In this document: positions 11,226 to 20,926 of the stretch, in pieces
Layout: the number at the start of each line of letters is the position of its first letter
How positions within the stretch are numbered: the first letter of the stretch is position 1
Assembly (NCBI GenBank): GCA_964476585.1
Contig: CAYZBF010000002.1
Location: 66,354-130,353 of the forward strand
DNA: 64,000 bases
Direction of reading: 5' to 3'
DNA from: an uncultured bacterium
Lineage (GTDB): Bacteria > Hydrothermota > UBA3072
Translations under genes and position numbers: made by a program
Notes under the pieces: model-generated
What the model was told of the DNA's origin: nothing
The model's input: only the letters and a program-made list of their open reading frames with translations
Database searches by the model: none

Positions 11226-12559
11226 ACATCCTCCGCTAAGACCGAAACCATTGTTTCAAGATGAAGAAGGTGAGAAGATTTAAACAATATTATATCACCT
11301 TCTCTTAGGATAGATTTCAACTCCTTTAAGGCTTCACCCTTATTCCTAACAAGTATACCATTTCCAAACCCCTCTATGAAGCCATTCGCCTCTTCTCCTA
11401 TAACAATCAATTCATCAATTTTACCTCGAATCCGTTCTCCAGATTCACGATGGAGTTCAAAGCTCTTGCTCCCTAGCTCTAACATAGGACCAAGAACTGC
11501 TACCTTTCTCCCAGGCATCCACTCAACAACCGAAACACTATTTAAAAGTGAATCGGGATTACTGTTATATGTATCATCTACGATTGTTATACTGCCTTTC
11601 CTCTTTATTTCCAATCTGTGAGGAATAGGTTTCACAGATGCTAATCCCATTCGGATGACATGGAATGGAATCCCATAATGGATAGCAACAGCAGTTGCAA
11701 TAGTTGCACTCCTTAAAGCACCCATACCTGGTAGATGAATGTAGAATTCTTCCTTCGCTACACCAAACATACTTCCATCAATAGACTCCTGTAGTATCCT
11801 AAATGAATAGTCGTTATCTTTATTGAATCCTACGCTAATCAACTCATTGTATTCGATTGAAGATAATAAATCATCATCGCCATTGATAAATAGTGGACCT
11901 TTTAACCCTGAAATAATGCTCTTTTTTTCTTCCAGCACACCTTGCCTGTCTTTGAACGCTTCAAGATGAGAACGACCAACACCGGTTATAAGAGCAAGGT
12001 CTGGTTTCACTATCTCGGTTAGTTTCTTTATTTCACCTCTCTCATTAGTTGCCAATTCAAGTATTGCAAATTTTTCATCCTTCAATCGGAATATGTTGAG
12101 CGGAACACCAACACGATTATTGTAATTCTTGAATGAAACAAGAGTGGGCTCTACTGAACGAAATATCGGCCCCAGAAATTCTTTGGTGGTGGTCTTCCCA
12201 ACAGAACCGGTAATCGCGATTACCAATGGATTCACAGTTTCCCGGTAATAACAGGCAAGAGCACCCAGAGCTTCTAAGGAGTCCCGGACTAGGATAAGAT
12301 TCTCATCTCTCGCTTTTTTCTCTGATACGATAGGAAGGCCGGATTTTTCGATTGCTTCATCTGAAAAATCATGGCCGTCAAAATTCTCACCCTTAAGCGC
12401 AAAGAACAATTCACCTTTCTTTATAGTTCTTGAATCCACACTGACACCGGTTATCACCTTCTTATCCAACCGATTCCCACCTATAGCCTTACCCTTTATT
12501 GCCTCGATTACCGTCTTAATCTCTAATGCTCTCATCTCTCGAAATACTCCTTCACACAT
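11201..12559 (-). CDS. murF: UDP-MurNAc-tripeptide--D-alanyl-D-alanine ligase MurF
   Basis: Mur ligase family protein (ITGSVGKTTTKE), in dcw order. Confidence 0.85.
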   Translation of the reverse strand: MCEGVFREMRALEIKTVIEAIKGKAIGGNRLDKKVITGVSVDSRTIKKGELFFALKGENFDGHDFSDEAIEKSGLPIVSEKKARDENLILVRDSLEALGALACYYRETVNPLVIAITGSVGKTTTKEFLGPIFRSVEPTLVSFKNYNNRVGVPLNIFRLKDEKFAILELATNERGEIKKLTEIVKPDLALITGVGRSHLEAFKDRQGVLEEKKSIISGLKGPLFINGDDDLLSSIEYNELISVGFNKDNDYSFRILQESIDGSMFGVAKEEFYIHLPGMGALRSATIATAVAIHYGIPFHVIRMGLASVKPIPHRLEIKRKGSITIVDDTYNSNPDSLLNSVSVVEWMPGRKVAVLGPMLELGSKSFELHRESGERIRGKIDELIVIGEEANGFIEGFGNGILVRNKGEALKELKSILREGDIILFKSSHLLHLETMVSVLAEDVCSISYTL

Positions 12560-13953
12560 TCTCTATCAGAAAAAGGAATCTTCTTCCCCATTATCTCCTG
12601 ATACTCTTCATGTCCTTTGCCGGCTATCAGAACCAAATCACCCTCACGAGCAAGATCTAAAGCTTTAAAGATAGCCTTTTTTCTATCGGATATACGGTAC
12701 ACTTCACCATCCTCAATTCCATCAAAGATATCATCGATTATACCCTCTGGATCTTCACTCCTTGGATTATCAGAAGTGACTATAGCGATATTAGAAAGTT
12801 TCGAGGATACCATTCCCATAATTGCTCTTTTACCCTTATCCCGTTCACCTCCAGCTCCAAATACTGTTATCACTTTATTTTGATTTAATTCCTTAAGGGA
12901 GGAAATCACGTTACTCAAAGCCTCAGGAGTATGTGCATAATCCACAATCACAGAAATGGGTCTGGGAACATTAATCTTTTCCGTTCGCCCCGGAAGAGAA
13001 TGAACATCCCAAATCCCTTCGATAATTCGGGTATCTTCTAATCCATCCATAATTGCAACAGACGTTGCAGCTAGGATATTGTACGCATTATAAGTGCCAA
13101 TAAGTGAACTCCTGACCTCTAAGCTTCTTCCCACACCCTCTATGCTCAAAACAAGATTTTCAAAAGTATTCTCAATAATGTGTCCTTGAATATTTCCTTT
13201 CCTAAATCCATAAGTAATCACCTTCGAGTCTGTGTTTTTTATAAAGTAAGGGGCATCCTGGTCATCTACATTAATCAACGCCATCTTATCCCGATGTAAG
13301 GCCTTAAAGAATCTCGATTTAACTTCTCTATAGGACTCAAAAGTTTTGTGGTAGTCAAGATGATCCCTGGAGATATTTGTAAATACACCATAATCAAAAT
13401 CTATAGAAAAAATCCTATCCTGAGCTATAGCATGAGAGGAAACTTCAATTACAGCAGTTTTAAACCCTTTATTTAAGGCATTATGAAGTTCTCTTTGGAG
13501 AATAAGGGGGCTCGGTGTAGTATTTATTGCCTTCATTTCACTATCAGGAGTGAAGTATTTGATCGTGCTGAAACAAATGGAATCTAAATAGATCGAAGAA
13601 AGTAGAAAAGCTGTCGTAGTTTTCCCATCGGTTCCAGTAACTCCGATGATCTTCATCTTTTCGGAAGGATTTCCATAAAAGTTAGATACAACTTGAGCAA
13701 AGGCTTTCCTTGAATTCGGAACTTTAATATTGGCTATATCGACTGAAATATCCTCTTCTACAATAAGGGCTACTGCTCCATTCCCAATAGCTTCCTTTAT
13801 GAATTTATGTCCATCTTCTACCTCACCTCTCAAAGCGGCAAATAGATAACCGTGCTCAACCTCCCTGGAATCATCAGTAACTCCAGTGATATCATTCACT
13901 TCTCCTTCACTTTTTACTATATCAACCCCTTTCAGTAGATCATCCAGCTTCAT
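12532..13953 (-). CDS. murE: UDP-MurNAc-L-Ala-D-Glu--2,6-diaminopimelate (or Lys) ligase MurE
   Basis: Mur ligase family protein (GVTGTDGKTTT), in dcw order. Confidence 0.85.
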   Translation of the reverse strand: MKLDDLLKGVDIVKSEGEVNDITGVTDDSREVEHGYLFAALRGEVEDGHKFIKEAIGNGAVALIVEEDISVDIANIKVPNSRKAFAQVVSNFYGNPSEKMKIIGVTGTDGKTTTAFLLSSIYLDSICFSTIKYFTPDSEMKAINTTPSPLILQRELHNALNKGFKTAVIEVSSHAIAQDRIFSIDFDYGVFTNISRDHLDYHKTFESYREVKSRFFKALHRDKMALINVDDQDAPYFIKNTDSKVITYGFRKGNIQGHIIENTFENLVLSIEGVGRSLEVRSSLIGTYNAYNILAATSVAIMDGLEDTRIIEGIWDVHSLPGRTEKINVPRPISVIVDYAHTPEALSNVISSLKELNQNKVITVFGAGGERDKGKRAIMGMVSSKLSNIAIVTSDNPRSEDPEGIIDDIFDGIEDGEVYRISDRKKAIFKALDLAREGDLVLIAGKGHEEYQEIMGKKIPFSDRECVKEYFER

Positions 13954-13959
13954 ATTCTA

Positions 13960-15618
13960 TTATAAGAACCTTTTTCTATAATCTTTAAGAAGGACAATCC
14001 GTTTTGCTGACTCACGAAAAGCAGGACATACAGTAACAGATGAGTAATAAGAGCTCTTTGGATTATCAACGAATATACCAATAACCAACTCCGGATCAGG
14101 ATAAGGAAGAATCCCTACGAATGATGATACATATTCACCCTCTCTGTATCTACCCTCTCCGTACTTCCATGCTGTCCCTGTCTTTCCAGCAATAGGGAGT
14201 ATTGAAAGAGAGGCTAACGCGCCTGTTCCCTTTTCCACTGTTTTGTGTAGGATCTGAAGAAGCATCTCAGCACTCTTATGGTCACCGATCTTCCTAGTAA
14301 CTTCGGGCTTGCTTCTCACTATAACCCTACCTTCCTTTCGTATCTCCTTCATCACTCTGGGTCTTAGCAATATGCCATCGTTTGCTATTGCTTGATATGC
14401 CATAACAATCTGGAGCGGTGTGGTATTAACCCCCTGGCCGAAACTCACCGTAGCTAACCTGATATCCCTCATTCGCTCAAGGATGGGTAATTTACCTGGA
14501 TATTCAACAGGAAGATCAATACCTGTTCTACATCCTATACCGAAAAAGCGTGCACAGCGATAAAGTTCCCTTTTTCCGATCTTTCTCCCTATATTAACAA
14601 ATGCTGCATTGGAGGAATAAACAACCGCGTCAGTGAAGGTATAGGCTGGATGTGAATGTGGGTCTTTGAAAATCTTTCCACCAAAATTAGTGAAGCCAGA
14701 AGAATCCACCACTATCTCGGTAAGAGAAAACCCCTTGCTAATCCATGCAAACGCTGGAATCAACTTGAAGACTGAGCCGGGTTCAAATTGCCAGGCAACG
14801 CATCCATTATTTCTCCATCCTTCGTCTGGAACAAATTCTGGAATGTTAACCATTGCAAGGATTTCTCCTGTTCTGATATCCACACAGAGTCCAAAAACCT
14901 GATCCGCTTTTGTATCTTCCTTTAACTTATGCAACTCATCTTCCAGGATATACTGAATATCAAGGTCGACAGTTAGATATACATCCTTACCTGGAACAGG
15001 GTCCTTATATCCTTCTTCACATCGTTTCAGAAGTTTTATTCCTGAATATCTCGGCACCTCAAGGTAATGCGCCCATCCATTTGAACCAGAGAGAAACTCA
15101 TTATACTCACGCTCAATCCCACTTATCCCTTTTCTCTCCCAATTAAGAGAACCTATGACTGTTCTACCAATCCTACCAGACGGATAATATCGGAACCATT
15201 CCCTTACAGCATACACTCCTTCAAGGTCAAGCTCTCTCACAACAGAATCATTTACACCTCGTGTGATTTTAATAAGTTCAAAATCTTGTTGGAGAAGTGA
15301 TTCCAGTTTCCGAACATTTCCCAATCCATAACCTGCAAGCTTAGCAGCAGTTTCTTTCGGATCAGAAATTCGATCCTTCTCCGCATAAAGTGTAAAAAGT
15401 TTAAGGTCCGTTGAAAGCACCTTACCATTCCTGTCAAGTATTTCACCTCTCCTAGCTTCTGTTTCAAGGTAACGCATCTCTTCAGCTTTGCCAATGTTCC
15501 CAATATTTCGGGATTGTAAGATCTGAAGATAAAACAATCGTCCAAAAGCAATAATCCAGAGAGAAACTAATAAAAGTATGAGAGAAATTGCTTTCAAGCG
15601 AAAAACTCTGCTTCCCAT
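13960..15618 (-). CDS. ftsI: penicillin-binding protein 3 / FtsI transpeptidase
   Basis: N-terminal TM helix and a transpeptidase domain (SVFK, SSN, KTG motifs present). Confidence 0.85.
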   Translation of the reverse strand: MGSRVFRLKAISLILLLVSLWIIAFGRLFYLQILQSRNIGNIGKAEEMRYLETEARRGEILDRNGKVLSTDLKLFTLYAEKDRISDPKETAAKLAGYGLGNVRKLESLLQQDFELIKITRGVNDSVVRELDLEGVYAVREWFRYYPSGRIGRTVIGSLNWERKGISGIEREYNEFLSGSNGWAHYLEVPRYSGIKLLKRCEEGYKDPVPGKDVYLTVDLDIQYILEDELHKLKEDTKADQVFGLCVDIRTGEILAMVNIPEFVPDEGWRNNGCVAWQFEPGSVFKLIPAFAWISKGFSLTEIVVDSSGFTNFGGKIFKDPHSHPAYTFTDAVVYSSNAAFVNIGRKIGKRELYRCARFFGIGCRTGIDLPVEYPGKLPILERMRDIRLATVSFGQGVNTTPLQIVMAYQAIANDGILLRPRVMKEIRKEGRVIVRSKPEVTRKIGDHKSAEMLLQILHKTVEKGTGALASLSILPIAGKTGTAWKYGEGRYREGEYVSSFVGILPYPDPELVIGIFVDNPKSSYYSSVTVCPAFRESAKRIVLLKDYRKRFL

Positions 15619-15620
15619 TC

Positions 15621-15902
15621 TTACCTCCTTATCTTGGAGGGCGCTCTCAAGTCTATTATTTCTCGCTTGCGTGGATATCTCATATTTAATTCTTCTCGTG
15701 CTCTTTTCTCAATCATAGGTACACTAGTAGCCTCTCTGTATCTGGATCGGAGCCTAACGACTTTATTCCATTCGATGCCAATTTCTTTCTTCAGGGCTTC
15801 AACTCTTAAGTTCAGATTAATAACCACATTCTTTCTCCAGATATGAAGAAGAAACGGAGAAATAATGATGAGAATTATCGCAAGCAGCTTTAATATTCTC
15901 AT
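15621..15902 (-). CDS. ftsL: cell division protein FtsL
   Basis: Small single-TM coiled-coil protein between rsmH and ftsI. Confidence 0.6.
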   Translation of the reverse strand: MRILKLLAIILIIISPFLLHIWRKNVVINLNLRVEALKKEIGIEWNKVVRLRSRYREATSVPMIEKRAREELNMRYPRKREIIDLRAPSKIRR

Positions 15903-16738
15903 TTTTCAAATGCCCTGAGATGTGCACTTCTGCACCTTGGGTTGTGGCTAAATTCCAAGTTTTTCGGAGTAATTGGTTTATTCGTAAGAGTTGAAAGTCC
16001 CTCCTTGTTCATAGTGTTAAGTATTAATTTCTCTTCACCAGAATGATAGGTAATAACTACCAGCCTCCCCTTGTTTTTCAGTATCCGAGAGGCTCCTATA
16101 ATACCTTCCGTAATATTTTCCATTTCTTTATTAACTACTATTCGGAATGCTTGAAATACCCTGCCAAGATGTTTATGTCCCGTTTTCCTCGGAACTGATT
16201 TTCTCACCAGTAAGGCAAGTTCATGAGTAGTTTTGGGTCTTTCATTCTTGATTTTCTTCGCAATGCTTCTAGAATGCCGCTCTCCCCCATATTGATAAAG
16301 AATATCTGCAATCTCTTCTTCATCCCTTTCTTCAATGAGATCATACGCCGTCATACCTTTCTTTCCATATCTCATATCAAGAGGTCCATCCAGACGATAT
16401 GAGAAACCTCTTTTCGGATCATCAAGTTGATATGAGGAATAACCAAGATCAAAGAGGACTCCATCTAAGGATTTCCCTATAAAGCAATCAATGAATCGGA
16501 AATTACTATTAACGAGTAAGAATCTATTCTCAAAATCAGAGAGCCTTTCTTTTGCCAATTTTAACTGCCTTCTATCAAGATCAACACCTATAATAGAGGC
16601 TTCGGTCCTTTGGAGAATAGCAAGAGAGTGCCCACCACAACCAAGGGTGGCATCAAGATAGAATCCACCCCTCTTTACTACTAATAAGTGAATTACCTCA
16701 TCCACCATCACGGGATGATGTATTACTGCATTCCCCAC
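15899..16738 (-). CDS. rsmH: 16S rRNA m4C1402 methyltransferase RsmH (MraW)
   Basis: HxPVM N-terminus (MGNAVIHHPVMVDEV) and a SAM-binding fold. Confidence 0.9.
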   Translation of the reverse strand: MGNAVIHHPVMVDEVIHLLVVKRGGFYLDATLGCGGHSLAILQRTEASIIGVDLDRRQLKLAKERLSDFENRFLLVNSNFRFIDCFIGKSLDGVLFDLGYSSYQLDDPKRGFSYRLDGPLDMRYGKKGMTAYDLIEERDEEEIADILYQYGGERHSRSIAKKIKNERPKTTHELALLVRKSVPRKTGHKHLGRVFQAFRIVVNKEMENITEGIIGASRILKNKGRLVVITYHSGEEKLILNTMNKEGLSTLTNKPITPKNLEFSHNPRCRSAHLRAFEK

Positions 16739-16747
16739 TTTTCCCCT

Positions 16748-17182
16748 CTAAAGCTCCAGCATTGAAAATAGTTCATTGGTATCCCCCTTATCTTTCGAGT
16801 ACTCTTCGTATACGGAGGGTGCCCATAATTCCACTTTATCAATGGCACCAAGGAAAAATACACCATCCTCAATCTTAGCATATTCTCGAAGTTCCTTTGG
16901 AAGGACAACTCGACCCTGGCTATCCATAGAAAGACGCTCGGCTCCATACGAAAAAGCCCTTATAGCATCCCTTATCCTCTTTTGGGAGTACTTCTTTTCC
17001 GAAAGTTTCTCAATAAATTTATTCCACTTGCTTAAGGGGAACAAAAGCAATGAAGCTTCAAATCCTTTGGTTATATAAAAACTGCTCTCATCCTGCTCAG
17101 TCAAAACCCCTCTGAATTTGGCAGGGATGAAGACCCTCCCTTTATGGTCTACAGAGTAAATATCATTTCCTATAAAATACAT
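16748..17182 (-). CDS. mraZ: transcriptional regulator MraZ
   Basis: Duplicated DxxxR-type MraZ motifs (VDHKGRVFIP, MDSQGRVVLP). Confidence 0.9.
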   Translation of the reverse strand: MYFIGNDIYSVDHKGRVFIPAKFRGVLTEQDESSFYITKGFEASLLLFPLSKWNKFIEKLSEKKYSQKRIRDAIRAFSYGAERLSMDSQGRVVLPKELREYAKIEDGVFFLGAIDKVELWAPSVYEEYSKDKGDTNELFSMLEL

Positions 17183-17940
17183 TTATCAACCCCCTGATAA
17201 TGGCTGGCTAACAATATATCCTCCACTTCTCCCCACTTATCCCCACAATTTTAGAGCAAAAATACAGTTTTGTCAAGGGGTAAAGTGATTTTTTTCTCTT
17301 TTAAAGGACAAAAAAGTTAAGAAGAAATCGAGAATCGTCCCACTTCATTAAAAAAAATATATTTAAAAATATAGGTTCATTCGATTTATAGCTGGATTTT
17401 AAACCTACTGATTCTTTACCAGTGCATTTAATAAACAAAACATATTTTATATCTTTGTTATGAATTAAGTATCGACAACGATTTTCGATACTTCAAATAA
17501 CTTGTAATCCTACAAATAAGAAGTAAGTACAAAGCGTGAGCCAGTTCTCTAACGTCTAATCAAAAACGTCTACAGTCAGAGCATTTTTAAGGACGTTCTA
17601 CTTGGCGTATTTCAAGGCATAGTTAAACATTACAACCATTTCCCCATTCATTTCTTCTCTATTTTAGGTATTTGAAAATATCCTCACGCAAGCACTTGAC
17701 TTTTCTTATATTTACTTTAAATTCAAGTTGATGTTAGGCCGTGTAAAAAAGAGTGTTAAAAGGGTTTAGCAGAGGAATAAGTTATTTGGAAATAGGTGCA
17801 TACCATCTGGATTTAGCAATTATCACGAAATATCGGATATAAAAAGCAATGCGCCAAAAAATGTTAAATTGTTTGATTTCCGACTGTATTCGGTTCCAAG
17901 CTGAAGGACAGTATGGAGATTACACAAGGAGGTTAGAGTA

Positions 17941-18222
17941 ATGACAAAGGAAATCTACGTTGGGAACTTACCCTTTAGTGCATCAGAAGAAGATATTTCT
18001 AAACTGTTTTCACAGCATGGAACCGTACATTCAGTAAAGTTGGTCACTGATCGTGATACCGGAAGGCCTCGTGGTTTTGGTTTTGTGGAGATGGATCAGG
18101 ACGAAGCCGATGCAGCCATTCAGGCGCTTAACGGTACTGAACTTGATGGGCGCAGTTTACGCATTAATGAGGCCAGAAAACGCGATTCTCGTAATTCTCG
18201 TCCTCAACGACGCAGGTATTAA
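17941..18222 (+). CDS. RRM-domain RNA-binding protein (bacterial Rbp-like)
   Basis: RNP2 (IYVGNL) and RNP1 (RGFGFVEM) motifs. Visibly GC-richer than its neighbours; long 5' leader. Confidence 0.85.
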   Translation: MTKEIYVGNLPFSASEEDISKLFSQHGTVHSVKLVTDRDTGRPRGFGFVEMDQDEADAAIQALNGTELDGRSLRINEARKRDSRNSRPQRRRY

Positions 18223-18322
18223 GATAAATGCTAAATATCGAAGCGCCATAAAGATCATAGCTCTTTTAGAGTCTGATTAGGATTCCTTCTATACCCTCGT
18301 ACTTGATTAAAAATGGCAAATA

Positions 18323-18514
18323 ACCTGGGTTATATGCTGGGAGGTTCACGCCTCCCAGCATTAGGGTCATTGGTTGCGCGCCAAAAGTCAAGAGTCAGGG
18401 TTTAACAGCAGTTTATAGCCTTTAGAGAAGCGATCCGGTGGTTCGCTGGGCCTTCTGTCTCCGGTTTACGGTTATACTATGGTTCAACATTCACGGACGC
18501 CATAAATCCCAGGG
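18323..18514. ncRNA. candidate structured RNA of unknown class (~190 nt, GC-rich, 13-bp closing helix)
   Basis: CCTGGGTTATATG (18323) pairs with CATAAATCCCAGG (18502), 11 of 13 positions. There is an internal perfect hairpin CTGGGAGG-ttcacg-CCTCCCAG (18337-18358). No ORF, and local GC is clearly above flanks. Confidence 0.3.
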
Positions 18515-18540
18515 AATATTAGCCGAATAGAATATGTTTT

Positions 18541-19464
18541 TTAACCGACGGAGTCAACCATCTTTCTTATAGCTCTGATGTGCTTTGGTGTTGTTCCACA
18601 GCAACCTCCAATGATTGACACACCTAAAGAAACTAATTCTTTTGCTTTTTCTGCCATAAACTCTGGTGTCTCGGGATAAACAACAGTATTTCCTTTTATC
18701 TCTGGAATACCTGCGTTAGATTGAATGATAATTGGAAGATGGCTAAATTCCCTGAATTCCCTGGCTATCTTTATCATGTTATCTATACCGTTTCCACAGT
18801 TCGAACCTATGATATCGGCTCCTGCATTTGTAAGTCCTTTTACAGCTTCTTCTATATTTATACCCATCACAGTATAAAAACCTCTGGGGATGGGATCAAA
18901 TGTCATTGTTGCAATAACAGGGGTTGACGACGAAACAGTTTTCGCCGCTTTAACGGCAATTGTTGCCTCTCTCAAATCGGTCATTGTCTCTACGCATATA
19001 ATGTCAACGTCTGCACTGATGAGTGCCTTCATCTGTCTTTCAAAACTATCGTACATTTCGGAATCTGATGTATCCCCATAAGGCTCCAGGAGTTTTCCAC
19101 TTGGGCCGCAGGAACCAGAGATATAAGCGCATTCTCCTACGATTTTTCTTACAGCAAGGACAGCATTTCTGTTTATTTCCTCTGTTTTATCCGCAAGCGA
19201 ATAAAACGAAAGCTTCAAGGGAGACGCTCCAAAGGTATTGGTCTGAACTATATCAGCCCCTGCCTCAAGATAAAGACTGGCAATCTCATGAAGGATCGGG
19301 AGACGTGTAAGGTTAAAAGATTCCGGAGGTTCCCCTGCCCCAAGACCACGTTCCATAAGCATTGTTCCCATTGCTCCATCAGAAACAAGTATCTCGCCAT
19401 TCTTCAATCGCTTGAGAAGTCCTTCCACCCTACCTCCCATTTTTAAAAGTAACCGCAGATACAC
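18541..19464 (-). CDS. homocysteine-binding (MetH N-terminal-like, PF02574) methyltransferase module with intact Zn-site cysteines
   Basis: ILVSDGAMGTM, EAGADIVQTNTF, SNCGNG and IIGGCCGTTPKHI align with the MetH Hcy domain, including the three Zn-ligand Cys. The ATG at 19440 is the probable start. Confidence 0.8.
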   Translation of the reverse strand: MYLRLLLKMGGRVEGLLKRLKNGEILVSDGAMGTMLMERGLGAGEPPESFNLTRLPILHEIASLYLEAGADIVQTNTFGASPLKLSFYSLADKTEEINRNAVLAVRKIVGECAYISGSCGPSGKLLEPYGDTSDSEMYDSFERQMKALISADVDIICVETMTDLREATIAVKAAKTVSSSTPVIATMTFDPIPRGFYTVMGINIEEAVKGLTNAGADIIGSNCGNGIDNMIKIAREFREFSHLPIIIQSNAGIPEIKGNTVVYPETPEFMAEKAKELVSLGVSIIGGCCGTTPKHIRAIRKMVDSVG

Positions 19465-19536
19465 ACAGATGTTCGCAAATACAATTACTTCTAAAATTCA
19501 TTTAATCTGTGTCTATTTGTGTTCATCTGCGGTTAC
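19450..19536. repeat. palindromic intergenic element (TAACCGCAGAT ... ATCTGCGGTTA) between corrinoid-protein and Hcy-module genes; carries dispersed motif TGTGTTCATCTGCGG
   Basis: 10-bp perfect arms 19451-19460 and 19526-19535; the 14-mer is shared with 44949. Confidence 0.6.
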
Positions 19537-20183
19537 ACAAATTTTTTTGAGTTTTTTATAAGTTCTTTCACAGTTTCCACCGCGTTAACGCTATCATAGC
19601 CGTATGCATCAGCTCCTATCTCTTTTGCATATTCTTCTGAGACAGGAGCTCCACCAATTATTATTTTTATTTTTCCTATAAGACCCTCTTCCCTTAAAAG
19701 ATCCATAACATTCTTCATAACAGGCATCGTTGTTGTAAGAAGTGCAGACATACCTATAACCGTAGCATTTTCTTTCTTTGCGGTTTGGATGAACTTCAAG
19801 GGCGAAACATTGTTGCCAAGGTTTATAACTTCAAAGCCAGCACCCTTAAGCATAATACCTACAAGGTTCTTTCCTATATCATGTAAATCCCCTTGAACCG
19901 TCCCGATGACCACCTTTCCAATAATTGGTATCCCTTCTTGTATAAACATCGGTCTAAGTAGGTCCATTCCTGCATACATTGCTGTGGCAGCAAGAAGCAC
20001 ATCTGGAAGGAAGATTTCATGAGCCTTGTACTTTTTTCCTATTATGTCCATGCCATAAATCAGACCCTCATCAAGTATCTCCTTGGGGGTTATTCTCTCT
20101 TCTATCGCTTCTTTCGTTAATGCTCTTACCTTTTCATCATTGCCCGACTGTAAGCTCTCTCGTATCTTGTTTAATATATCCAT
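19533..20183 (-). CDS. cobalamin-binding corrinoid protein (B12 cap + Rossmann, DxHxxG)
   Basis: GDLHDIGKN motif and the MtmC/MtbC/MetH B12-binding domain architecture. Confidence 0.85.
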   Translation of the reverse strand: MDILNKIRESLQSGNDEKVRALTKEAIEERITPKEILDEGLIYGMDIIGKKYKAHEIFLPDVLLAATAMYAGMDLLRPMFIQEGIPIIGKVVIGTVQGDLHDIGKNLVGIMLKGAGFEVINLGNNVSPLKFIQTAKKENATVIGMSALLTTTMPVMKNVMDLLREEGLIGKIKIIIGGAPVSEEYAKEIGADAYGYDSVNAVETVKELIKNSKKFV

Positions 20184-20926
20184 TATGCTATAACTTCCTT
20201 GTTGTTATGTCCTGATTCTCTAAACAACCCCCTTATCCTATCTCTGCAGGAGTGTGTTTTGCATTGACTGCAGAAAGGATAAGAGTCTTCAAAGTTATGA
20301 ATCTCTTTCTCCCCGGAAACTATTACACCCGATATTGATTTTAATGGTTTCATTAGATAACTACCCAGGAGTGTGATACCAATATCCTCTGGATGCAGAA
20401 ATTCAAATAGTTTTTTTTGCCCGCTCATATGCCAACCGCAATAACCTGGACTATATCTTAAAATCCCTGTTGATGCATTAATCTCACCCTTTTTTGAGAG
20501 CAACTTTAAAAAATGGTATTCAACAATGTCGGCCGCCTTTTCAACTCCATCTGATGCAACAGAATCTAACATACTTCCGAGAGCCAACTCATTTGCTTTG
20601 AAGAGTTCATCTATCTTTTGACTCAACCTATCCCCAAGTGTGACGGCGAAAATAGCAAGATTTCCTGCCTCCCTGAAGATATCATCAAGGGGAGTCCTCT
20701 TTTCATTCAATCCTTCACCGGTGTAGATAGATTCAAACTCGGGTATGGATATTTCTGAAATGATACCTTTCGGATGAGAAAATTCAATAAAAAGTTCCAT
20801 TGCCCTGTTAAAGAGTGCTTCAATTTTCCGAGGTAACTCTCTGTCAATAGTGATACCTTGAGTTTTTAAGACGGTAACTCTACTCGGTTTAACATCATAG
20901 ATAGGGATCTCGATAATTTCTCTCAT
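20183..20926 (-). CDS. MetH activation (AdoMet-binding reactivation) domain-like protein, stand-alone
   Basis: Size and motifs (RYSPGYCGW) resemble PF02965, Met_synt_B12. Confidence 0.55.
   Translation of the reverse strand: MREIIEIPIYDVKPSRVTVLKTQGITIDRELPRKIEALFNRAMELFIEFSHPKGIISEISIPEFESIYTGEGLNEKRTPLDDIFREAGNLAIFAVTLGDRLSQKIDELFKANELALGSMLDSVASDGVEKAADIVEYHFLKLLSKKGEINASTGILRYSPGYCGWHMSGQKKLFEFLHPEDIGITLLGSYLMKPLKSISGVIVSGEKEIHNFEDSYPFCSQCKTHSCRDRIRGLFRESGHNNKEVIA

Noticed and set aside
2301-16947. Numerous 60-140-aa plus-strand ORFs inside the dcw cluster (e.g. 2301-2549, 9189-9437, 10735-11148, 12617-12883, 14666-15146, 16776-17078)
   Set aside because: All are antisense to, or out of frame with, well-supported dcw genes; proline/serine-rich low-complexity translations typical of antisense frames.
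18323-18514. Assigning the GC-rich structured element to a known class (tmRNA, SRP RNA, RNase P RNA, cobalamin riboswitch, 6S)
   Set aside because: tmRNA is found elsewhere (31265-31614). No SRP domain IV motif, RNase P P4 sequences or B12-box could be recognised by eye. 6S cannot be confirmed without covariation. Left as an unclassified candidate.
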